Below are positions 26,501 to 38,500 of a DNA stretch of 64,000 nucleotides, in pieces. Origin of the DNA: Isurus oxyrinchus (taxonomy: Eukaryota); contig JANJGN010000034.1 of NCBI GenBank assembly GCA_026770705.1, forward strand, positions 4,836,001 to 4,900,000. The letters run 5' to 3'. The position numbers were made by a program, and so were the translations under genes. The notes below the pieces were generated by a model, which was given only the letters and a program-made list of their open reading frames with translations, was not told where the DNA came from and ran no database searches. Every line of letters begins with the position of its first letter. Positions within the stretch are counted from its first letter, which is position 1.

Positions 26501-29500
26501 AATCAATCCTCTCAGGATTGATTCTACTAGTTTGCTCACCACCGATGTAAGACTGACTGGCCAGTAACTGTCTGGCCTTTCCTTTGATCTTTTAATAAAC
26601 AATGTAACTGTGTTTCCATATGTCCAGTCCTCCGGTACTTCCCCTATTTCTAGGGAAGATTGGAAAATTATCCTCAGGGCATCTGCTATCTCTTCCCTCA
26701 TTCACTTTACCAGCTTCAGAAATAATTCATCTCGTCCTGCTGATTTATCAACTTTCTGACTATCAACCCTTCGGGTTCTTCCTCTCTCTTTCTGACAATC
26801 CTGTCAAATATCTCGCAGTGTTCCTCCTGGACAACTATATATACATCTTCCCTTTCCTTTGTAAACACGGTGAAAAAATATTCATTCAAACCATTCCCAC
26901 AGGCTTTCCATCTACATACACATTTCCGTCTTCATCTCTGATAGATTCCACTTTTTTCACAACAAATCTTTTAGCATTAATGTTAAGCATATTTGAGTTG
27001 TCTTTAAATTTACTTGCTAACCTTTTTTATGCCATCTCATTGATTCCCTTATTTCTTATATTACTACCTCCCTGCACTACCTATATTCTCTAAGCTATCT
27101 GCAGTGCTTAGTTCTTTGGGCCTATCACACACTTTGTTTTTCTGCTTGATTTTCCCCTGTATCCATCTGTAAACCAGAAGGGTTTAGATTTGGCAGCGCC
27201 ACTCTTATTTTTGTAGGGGACAAGTCTACTTTGAACAATTTGGAACTCACGTTATTGTGGTTGCCACTGGTTTTCCATGGTTTTATCTTCGAGAAAGTCT
27301 GTCCAGTTCACTTTAGCCAAGACCCTTCTCATTTCTGCAGAGAATTACCTTCCCACCGTTCAAGACATTTACTCCTGCATTATCCCTGTCCTTTTCCGTG
27401 GTACAGATAAATCTAACTCAAATGTGATCACTGACCCCGATATGGTCACAAACTGTCACTGCACCCACTTGCCCTTCTTCGTTCCCCAAGATTTGGTATA
27501 GAATTGCATGTCCTCTGCATAGAACCATTGCACCTTCGAACACAAAAGTACAGGAAACAAGCCAATCGGCCCTCCTAGTCTAAGCCAAAATATTATTTCG
27601 CTAGTCCCATTGACCTGCACCTAGTCCATAATACTCCAGACCTCTCCAATCTTTGTATCTATCCTCTCGCTGGAATTGTCACTAAATGGTTTTTTAAAAA
27701 ATTCCTGGACAAATGGCGTGATTTCATCTCCCTCAGTGCTCCTACCACTGTTTGAATTTCAGTTGATAATAGGATAGATAAAGTTTCCTACTATTATTGC
27801 CATCTTATTTCTGAAAGCAGAAATTTGCCGACATATTTGTTCTTCATTCTCCATTTCACTATTTTGGTGTCTATAGTACACTGCCAGTAATGTAACAATC
27901 TCTGTTTCATTTCTAAACCTCAATCCAGAAAGCCTCGTTTCTTCTCCCATTTAGTATACCATCCCTTCTCACAATTGGAATTGATTCTTCAACCATTGGT
28001 GCTATACCCACCCGCCCCTCCTTTTTTATCTCCTATTCTATCATGTTTGACATCTCTATAACCAGGGATATTATGCTGTCATTATGCCCCTCCTTTAGCC
28101 AGGTCTCTGGAATAGCTATGACATCCTGCTGCCATTTGTCTACTGTGCCCTTAACTCGTCTACCTTGAAGTACTAATCCGTGCATTGAAGTTTCAACAAG
28201 TTAAAATCCCCTTGTTGGATAGCTGCTAAACATTGTTTCTCCTGTTACTCCATGTCTATCACTGTTTACCTAGGTAATGTTTGACCTTGGTTTTATTCTG
28301 ATATGAATCTGAGCTATCACCCCCCCCCCCCCCCCCCCCCCCGCCCCCCCCCGCCAACACCCCCGCACCATTAGATCTAATACTCTCCAACTGATTATCA
28401 GAAGCCCTAGTACGGAAACAGATCTCATCTCTGCCTGGGTTCTGCCTGGTTTGTCCAGGTCCCACCTTCCACAGAATCGCCCCAGTGCCTCAGGAATCGC
28501 AATCCCTCCTGGTAACACCATCTCTCCAGCCACGTGTTGACTTGTCTTATTCTCTTATTCCTGTTCTCGATAGCACTTGGATGTGAGAGTAATCCTAAGT
28601 TTACTACATCAGATTTCCTGCATTTTAACCCCTAAGGTCCTGCACTAAGCTGGCAGGCCCTGATTCCTTAGTTCACCCATGTTGTTGGTACCAAAGTGTA
28701 CCACAACCACGCTCTCTTTACCTTCCCTCCCCACAATGTCTTGCAGCTGCTCCATGATATCCTGGACTCTCTCTCCAGGGAGGCTACATACTATCCTAGA
28801 TTCAGGTTTGCAGCCACAGTAGCATCTGTCAGAATAGCTGAAGTATTAAACGCCCTACCAGGATTGCATGCCACTTGTTTTATAACGTGCCTCTGAGCAG
28901 CAGAGGAATCCACGGTGTCATCAACTTGGCTGATGCTGCTTTCAACTGAGTGGCGATCCCCCAACTCTATCCAACATGGTATATCTGTTAGAGAGATGGA
29001 CGACCAAAGGGGAATCCTGCACTACCTCTCAGAGTCATTTACTGTTCCTCATAATAACCCATTTCCTTTCTTCCAGTGTAAACTTCATCTGTGGTGTGTC
29101 CACCTCACTAAAGGTTCTATCTATGATTTGCTCAACATCGCGGATGCTCAACAATGTGTACACCTGCAGATCCAGATCCGAAATCCTGTTAGCTAGAAGC
29201 AGCATTTAGACACACCTTCAGCACAGATGGTCAACAGTGACGCTGGAACAGTCCCTCATTTCCCATATCCTGCAGGAGGAGCATATCACGAGTCTGATTT
29301 CTCCTGTCATGACATCGCACTCGTTTCAGGTAGTTGCTCCTTTAAAAGATAGGCCTCCTCCGGATCTTATTGATGTTAGGTAGGAACCTTGTTTGTTGAC
29401 TAATTATACTTGCACAGTGCTACTCTATACTTCTTTTTAGCTCTACCTTATAGCTGCATTTGTTGCTCTTCAGGTACGCATCCATTTCTCTTTGGAAGTT

Positions 29501-32500
29501 TCCACAAAATCATCAACTATCACACCATATATTTTTGCATTCCATAGCCTAACAAATTGCTAACCTAACAAAGGCACCAAAACGCCGTTGTTTCTTTTGC
29601 TAAGCACAATGTGCCAGGAGTTGTTAAACGTAATGTACTTATCAGCAAATATCTCCACTACCTGTATAACTTTAGGGGAAAATACTTTACGATCCAAATG
29701 GGGAAGTTCTGAACTAGGAGACTGCACTCTGGTCTCTCTGCGAGCAATACAGCAGTTGAAGCTGTTATGGCACCAGACAGTGCACTGAAAGACACTTACA
29801 TACATATCTGGATGCAAGCTGATTGACCTTCGGTAGCCATAACCATATTACTTTGCCATAGGTACGGCTCAAAACGATAGAGATAGCTCACTGTGACTCC
29901 CACTGCTTTCAATGCTGCTAGTTCTCCTTGATGTCACACCAGTCAGCCACTAGTTTCATGTCAAAGGCAATAAGTCTCATTTTATATTTCGAATTCTGAA
30001 CTGTCATTCACATCTGGAACCAAAATGTATTGACACATTGAGATGAATGTCCCAAGGAGAACCTGGAGGATTGGCAAGTTATTGCTGAGTAAGTGCACTT
30101 GCAGAGCATTCTCCAATGCATAGCCAATCGCCTTCTGTATAATTGAACGTAGGCCAATCAGAGAGTATTTTTAGTATCTTACCTGCCCTCCGTCTTAATG
30201 GAAAGGACACACATTAGTAGTCCTTCAAGTTGCTCCTTAAATGCTAATGTTTCATCTGTTTGTGAGATTCTTGTTTTGGTTGGAGCATAAATCTGGAGAG
30301 AAAAGAGCAATAAACTCTTACTTTCCAAGCTGGATATCTTACTCACCTCCATCAGTGGGCCCACCAGCTCAGGCCACGCGAGGATATTGGAGTGTAGCAC
30401 AGCCTGAAGCATCCAATCTGGTGCTCCAGAATCAAAAGGAAGCAAGACACATACACTTTGTAAGGCATTGGTGGCATAATATTAAGTAAGTTGAAATGCC
30501 TGGGTACGCTCAAGCTAGGGTGAAGGTAGGTTTGTCAAGTTAGTGGTTAGAATTTGGTGGGGGTTCAGACGGGTGGACAATGTGTCAGACTGTCCAGGGG
30601 TGCGTCAGACAATCGAGGCTTCGCCCTGGTAGTTGGGGAGGACTCATCCAATTGGGCACGAATCGCCCAATCGATGATCGGGTTGAACATTTCAAAAGGG
30701 ATTCTTAAAGTCGGAGGAGAGCAGAGAAAGTTGGGAATTGGGAGTCGCAGGAGTGTCAGAAAATCGGAAGTGCATTGAGTCCGAAATTCGTGGGTTCTGA
30801 CCGTCAAGCCTAGGGGGAGGGGAATGAAAAGCATGTTACATGCAGAGAGCAGTGCTGGTAGTCCATGTAGTGATCTAGCTGAGGTGTCATCACGTCGTTT
30901 TGATCCTAAGGGGGAGGGTCGAATGGAAATTGAGTCTTGGGGTGATTTTGGGTGAGCAGGACGTCAGTGGGTGGGTTTGGTCAGTGGACCTCTGGGTAAA
31001 GTCGAGGAGTTTAGGGATTGGAGGAGATCCCGAGGGTGGGGACACCCGGTGGAGGGATTATATCCTTTGAGGGAATAGTCACGTTTTTTGGCAAGTCCAC
31101 GGGCTGGGGGTAGCCCAGAAGCTTTTCAGAAAGTATAAGAGCCTGATGGGGAGTCGATGTTAGCCTGTACAATAGTTGCACAGAAACCAGGCGTGTTTTA
31201 ATTCTCCAAACTTGTTCTCTGTAACTATTGATGCAACATTGTCAGAACAATCCGGAATCTACAACTGAAATCAACTTTTAGGATGGTTTTGAGTGAAGAC
31301 AATTTACCATTAAAAGTTTGCACTTCCAGAGGGATTGTTGTGCACCCGACATCTGGTAAACGTTGGGGAGTGGGGTGGCGGGTTCCAGCGGGAGGGGGGG
31401 GGGGGGGGAGGGGGATATATGGGGGCGGTGGGATGGTGGGGCGGATCGGGGGTCTCCATTGCTCCTTTGCATTACCTGAACCTCGGGAGCAGGACCCTTC
31501 AGAAAAAACGCCTTTTCATTGAGCTGCCAAAAAATGCTGGATAGACAGGAACTGGTCCCGTTTGTACAGCTGCTCGTCGTTTAATTTAGGAAAGATTTTG
31601 AGGTAATAGAGATGGTTTAGAAATTAATCATTAGGATGGGGCGAGATGTGAGGGATATTACCTTGCTGGTAGTTTTGCAAAATACTCTATCCTTACATTG
31701 GAGAAGGGAGATTGGAGGAGTTTTACAGAGGGCTTCTGATGAGTGGGAGTCTGGGTAGAGAAGATAGTGCTAAAATGTTGATGTTGATGGGAGCGTCGTG
31801 AACTGAAGGGCACGGATTGCAGCTGATTGATTAAAGAAGCAACGACTTCTTTTGTTTTAAGGCAGAATATTTTGCGCTTTCAGGATGTTCTGCCTGAGCT
31901 TATGCTGAGAGGAAATCCAGTCATTACTGTCAAGTGTAAATTAACTGACTATCGTAATATCCATTTGAGGAACAAACCGCAGAAATTGGCCGGGTGAGAT
32001 GTTCTTGCTTGGAAAGATCCTGCACTGAAACGAGTGGCTGAATGGCATCCTTCTGTTCCTCAACCATCTAAGTCTAAGATTCTATGTTCCTATGCGGCAT
32101 GTATTAGTGTTGAGAAAAAAAAAACAATTCATTTTCTACAAGTTAACTGCAATTCAAGAATTGCTGAGCCGTTTCTGCTTGTTTTCTGTAACATCTTGTA
32201 AACCTTAACATTATTTATGCTATGTGCAACTCAAAATTGGACACGGTGGCCTACCTAAGCCTGTCAAGGGAATTTAAAATCTCTGCATAACAGTCAGCCT
32301 CGATGTGAAAAAAAAAAAACATGGGTTCTGTGCCCATTTTTCACATCCCATTTCAGGAAGCCCTGTAATTGAGAAGTATTTGTGGGAGTCATTGTTCTTG
32401 CTCTTGCAGAGAGACGACACAAACGTAATGGGCCAAATTCCCTCCTCATGCGTTCTAAGAATATTAGTTTTCTACGAGTCTCTGCACGTAATCCCCAATC

Positions 32501-35500
32501 TCTTTTAACAAGAGCTCATTTAACATTCTGCTTTGTACTCTATATTGTCTTTTTTGCACGTTTGTACATTTTCTGTTTCCTCCTTGGAAGACTACGTCCC
32601 AGTCGGCATTGTGGTATCTTGGTTAGGAGGAAAGCTCAGTTATACAGATGCGGATGAAAAAGGTTATCTGATTTTCATTCTCGGTTTTACCCTTTATTTT
32701 GCACTACTGTTGTCAAAATCGCCTAAGACGTCATTGAATACATAATTTGTCATTTCTTCCCCCTTTTTGATAGTGATCGAGAAGTTGATCCAACTCCAAG
32801 AAGTTGCAGGTGATACAAAACAATTTATTGTGTTCGTTTTCTTTGAATGCAAAACCAGGTACGGTTAAAATATATAATGGGACGGTGAGGGCAAATTAAG
32901 ATGCAAGGGGAAAAGAACTCGTTACGGGAGAGCCATGCTTTAAACATATAGAATGCAGAAGAGCTCCTCATAGAGGTTATTTCACAGACGTTTGAAAGTG
33001 TCTGAAATTAGACAATTAGTAAGACAAATAATTACTACAAAAATCTCTTCATGAAGCGTTGTAAAACCCAATAGTACTCGAGGACTGCAGAGGAGCTTAT
33101 ATAATACCTTTACATATAAAAAAAGGTATAACATATCTCCAGGGAATAAGAGAGCACTGAGCTTAACATAAGTAAGTTAAAAAATAGTGGAATACTTTCA
33201 CAAGGGTACGGGAAAAGTTACTTCTACAATGCAAAATATAATAATGAATGAACACCATGGGAAATCAAGGGAAAATCTTCCTTGACCAAGCATATTCAGC
33301 TTTGGACGAAACACTGAAAGAAAGTGTGCAATGTTTATTCAACAGATCTGATTTATATGGATATTCAAAGGGACTTTGTTAAGTTGCAATGCGCCCTAAT
33401 TATGATTATGTTAAGATAACTAGATTTTAGTTGTGAAGTGGCAGAGTTGGTTGCTACCTTTTTTTCAAAATAAAAAGAAGAAAACGGAACTGAAGAGTAC
33501 CTTCTGAGCATGATAAGGTTGTGATGCGGTGTTGCTCAAGGGTCAGTGCTGAATCTACTTATTTTCAAAATGTACATTAAAGATTTGGACTTTGTAAATA
33601 ACAACAAAATATCCACATTAGCGAACCTCAGCCAAATTGAGGGTCACTGTTTACTGACCAAAACATAAATTAATTATTGAATGGGAGCAATGATTTTTTG
33701 AAATTGATAAGTTAGTTTGGGAATAATCCTGCTGCAAAATCAAATATGAGCTAAGAGAAAAATATTGTGGTTGCTGAAAATCTGAAGCAAAAACAAAAAA
33801 TATTGGAAAAACTCAACAAGTCTAAGAGCATCTGCATAGAGGAAACAGTTAACGTTTTGAGTCCAGATGACACTTCATCAGATCTAAGACGTCTAGAAAT
33901 GTGGTGGATTATAAGCTGCTTGAAGGAGGTGGGACAGGTAGAGTTGGATAGAGGGACACTGATAAGTGGAGGCAAAAAAGGGACTGCTAAAAATGTCATA
34001 GGCAAAAGTTCAAAAGGTGCTGATGGTACTGATATTAGCTGCGTAATGTGCTAATGATGATATTAAGGGAAGAAAACAGGACGAGCATGTTACAGATAGC
34101 ACCATTGTGGATTGGGTGTGGGGAAGCAATCGAAATCGGCTAAAAGGTAGAGATAAAGCACAGGACAGAATTACATTTATTAATAATGAAAATAGGTGGG
34201 GAAAGAAAAATACGTTAAAGTATCCATACAAAATATAAATTGTTAGAAAAAGGGAGATTGGAAAGGATTCGGGGATGGGGGAGAGAGTTGTTGAGCTCAA
34301 TATTAAATCTGGAAGGCAGTAAGGGGCGTATTCAGAAGATTAGATACTGTTCCTGCAGTTTGCGTTAAGCTTCACTGGAACATTGCAGCAGGTCAAAGAT
34401 GGACATGTGGACATGAGAGCAGGATGGTATGATGAAATGGCAAGTGACAGGGAGGTCTGGGTATTGCTTGCTGACAGAACGAAAGTGTTCCAAAAATACA
34501 TAACTCCATCTTGCTTGGCCTCTCAAATATAGAGGAGACCGCATTGGGAGCAGCGAATGCTGTATATCAAATTGAGGGAAGTGGAAATGAATTGCTGCTT
34601 CACTTGGAAGGAGTGTTTAGGCCCTTGGACAGTGAAGAGGGGGGGCGAGTAAAGGGGCAGGTGTTTTACCTTCTGCTGTTACATGGGAAGGTTCATTGGA
34701 ATGAGGATGAACTTTTAGGCGGTGATGGACGAGAGGATCAGGGTATCCCAGAGGCAACAATCCTCGCAGAGTGCCGCCAGGGGGGATCAATTGACGATGC
34801 ATTTCTTGGTTTATCTGCTGGAGTTACCAGAAATTTCAGAGGATGATCCTTTGAATGTGGAGGCTGGTGGGGTGATAATTGAAGACAAGGAGAACACTAT
34901 ATATGTTCTGTTAGGGAGAATAAGTTGTAAGGGAGGATGCGTGGGAGATGTGCTGGGCACAGTTGAGCACTCTGTCAACCAGCGTGATTATATGAGCTAT
35001 CATGTTGTGTTTGAAAGAATAGGAAGCACAGTTTGTGCCTGGAATATGCAAGTCTAGGTGTGCTAAAGGAACCAATCGGACTTTGAAACAAATTACACCA
35101 ATTATTAAATGATGTTTGAAAGGATTGTATTCTAAAGGACTGGCACAGATGCAAATAATATTTAGAAGGACGATGTTAATTGTTCCATCATGTGATGTGG
35201 ATCACCCATGCAATGACAAACGTTGTTTCCCTTCAATAATTACCCTTCAGGATGTTGTGGTAAGCTGGCTTTTTGAACTGCCATAACACATTGGATGCTG
35301 CTGTACACCTACTGCTGTTGTCCATTGAATTCCAGGAGCTTCATTCCCACCGCAGTGAACCAATGGCATTATAGCTCCAAGTTTAGTTTTTTTTAATGGG
35401 AATTTTCAAGAAGAGGTCTTTCTTGATTAAGCCTGTTGACGTTGTCAGTATAGGTGCTGGAGGCGTCTAGGTTCGCAGATTCCTTCAAACGAGACCTGTT

Positions 35501-38500
35501 GATTTGCTGGTATGTAGTGCGCACTGCTGCTCTTGTTCATTGGTCGTGTTGTATGTGGATGTCTAATGTGGAGCAAGTAGGCTTCTTTGTTTAGTGTACT
35601 GCTGTGTGTTGCGTGTGGGTTATTTGGTGCCAACCAGTTCCAAGCAAGAGGAGAGTATTCCATTACAGTCTTACATAGTTTCCTGTGGATTGTTGATTGG
35701 CGATTTGCATCAGGAACTGTCTTAAATGGTTCTGGTTTTTGAGACCTGCTCTAAAAACGGCAGTTCTTGCATTGTTATTTTAGCTCACTTTCTGCTAAAT
35801 CTTACATGGTACTCTTCAGGAGGTTGATAGTGAAGTGATGCGTGATGATAATATCATTGATGGTGAATTGGTGAGAGTAGGATTATCTCTTAATGGAAAA
35901 GTCCATTTCCTGGAAGTTGCATGGTACGAAATGTGTTTGTTCCATAAATGCTGCATTAAGCTTGCTGCATATTCGCACTGAATGCTTTTTTACCTTAATA
36001 TTTGAGATCAGTAGTGAACTATGCACAATCCTCAGCGGACATCCCTTTTTCTGCCATTCTGATGGAAGGGGGCTCATTGATAAATGAGCTAATAGCTGTC
36101 TTGAAAGCGGACACCATCCTGATCAACTGCTAAAGTATGCCTTGAAATTGCATTGAATGGTCTTGGAAAACTTCACCCAGCTGCATTTTGCTGGTGCGAC
36201 GCTCAAGCAACTAAAGCGCCCCCACCGCCTCCTGCTCCAACACACACAGACACACAGTGACCTATACTCTTTTCAAATATGTGCCTTGATTCCACATTCA
36301 GCCAAATTCTACACTGACATCAGAGAATGTACCCTTACTGTGAACTGCTGATTTCAACTCTTTATCCATGTTTAAACCAAAGGCTTCTTCACAAGGCGTT
36401 TAATAAGGTGCCTCAGCAAAGATTATTGTGGAATGCAAAAGTTCATGTTGCACCCGGTAATGTAGAGGCAGTAATAGAAGATTGGCAGCTAACAGGAAAG
36501 AGAGGGTAGACATAGATTGATCAGTGTTCATGTTTGGCATGATGTGATGCGTGGTATTTCAAAGGGATCAGTGCTAGTTCTTAACTCTTTACGATTTATA
36601 CAATTTTGAATTAAAGCACCGATGGCATGGTTGCTACATTTGCTGCCGACACAAAGATACGTGGGAAAGTAAGTCCTTAAAAGGGCATAAGGTGGCTACC
36701 AAATGACATAAATAAGTGAGTTGAGTAATCAAGGATTTTGCAAATATAGAACATTGTGCAAAAATGTTTGGTTTTCGATTTTGGCAGGACGAATGAAAAA
36801 TAAGCATATTTTCTAAATGGTGAGACATTATATAGTGGTGAGATACACGAGGGTATTTGTTTTAGTAGGTCAATCAAAAACAGTTAATATGTGCACACAA
36901 CAGTGATTAGCAAAGCTCATATAACGTTATCAATTATTGTAATCGAAATCTAATAGAAAAGTTTTTTGTTATGCTTCAGTTATACAGAGCATTGGCGAGG
37001 CCATGCCAATAGTACGGTGTACATTATTGATCTTCTTATTTCTGAAAATTTGTGAATTTATTGAAAAAGGTTCAGACAAGGTCGCCCAGATTTAATACCT
37101 GGAATAACCGGGTTCTCTTATGTATAACGGCTAAACAGGCTCGGCTTGCATCCACTGGAGATTGGAAGAGTACGAGGGACCTGCTGGAAACATTTAAGAT
37201 CCCGACTGGAATTTACATTGGGATTTTAGAATGTGTTTCCTATCTTATGGAATAATCAATAACTAGGGACACTGTTTAAAAATAAGGGTTATCTATTTAC
37301 GACTGAAATGACGATTATTTATTCTCAGGCAGGTTTGCGAAACAGTGTAATTCTCCTCCTCAAACTACTATTATCGTTACAGTAGAGGTAGATAAACTCT
37401 TGATAAGCAAAGGTTGGAATGATTATTGGGGGTAGGCAGGGATAAGAAGTTCGGGTAATAGTTAGATTAGCCACCATGTTATTGAATAGCAGAGCAGTCT
37501 CGAAGGGCCGTGTGCCCTATTTCTGCTAATCAAATGTTTGCATGTTAGCAAACATGTTGGGGGAGGAGTGTACTTTACCAAAAACAACTGCACATCTGTG
37601 AGATGTTCGTTGTTGTTGTGTAAATGCCTTTCCTAGCATGGACAACCTGAAAGATCCTCATTAATTACTGTAAGTCGCCGATGAAGTTATAATTGGCAAC
37701 ACTGAATTTAAGCTGTATTAGTGGATGGCACAGACTGGGGATGTTTATGCATTTTTTTGTCCAAATGCCAGTGTTTTTGAAATAATTTGTGTCCGGACTA
37801 GCCCTGGAACCAACTCCTCAGCCCTATTGCGTGAATGTTGTCTAGGCACCCAACTATTTCAGTCGCCAGCTCCTTGAACTTTTTTTTTCTCTTTATCACC
37901 TGGAGTGGATTGAAATGGCCGAAGATTGGCAGCTGCGATGCTGGATAGCTCAGAATTACGCCCATATTAATCATGGGCTCGGCACTTCTGCCTGAAGATG
38001 GACGCAAATTATTCAGAACTGTCAATGCTCTAATGCAAAGCACTCCTCCATCTATTAGGTTGCGAATATTGATGGAGCCCCGCTCCTCATATTCTTTTTT
38101 TTTTTAATTTTCAAAAACATTACAAAACTGGTTGTGACATGATTGATGAGTTTTCACTTCGTCGGGGAACCTTTTATTCCTGTCTAACTCAAGCTGCGTA
38201 CATCGTTTGAAATACAATGAGTATTGTACACTAGCTTTAGCAAATTTAAACCTCACTTTTTGTCATGGCTGGAGCTCCTCAAAGTATATCATGGCACATT
38301 AATTATTGAACCAGAGTATGCGCCCTTGGCTAGATTGTCAGTGCTGAGTGAAGAATCGCTGGTCCATTAAAGTGCGGCCTCTAGTGGAATGCTATTCTGT
38401 TACTGATGCTACATAGAGACTGGATGTCATGCTTTGAACTTCTGGTCCTGTTTGAAAGCTGACATGCATTCACAAACAAAACAGGAAATTATCAACAGAG

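Noticed and set aside
26315-26701. 128-aa ORF as a host gene
   Set aside because: It is a CR1 reverse-transcriptase fragment within a disrupted LINE
26620-27093. Longest ORF (157 aa, hydrophobic) as a membrane protein
   Set aside because: Antisense of purine-rich CR1 ORF2; the hydrophobicity is a compositional artefact
28259-28533. Gly-rich ORFs
   Set aside because: Produced by the poly-C tract inside CR1
34511-35057. Overlapping 111-aa ORFs
   Set aside because: Antisense to the Penelope-like element
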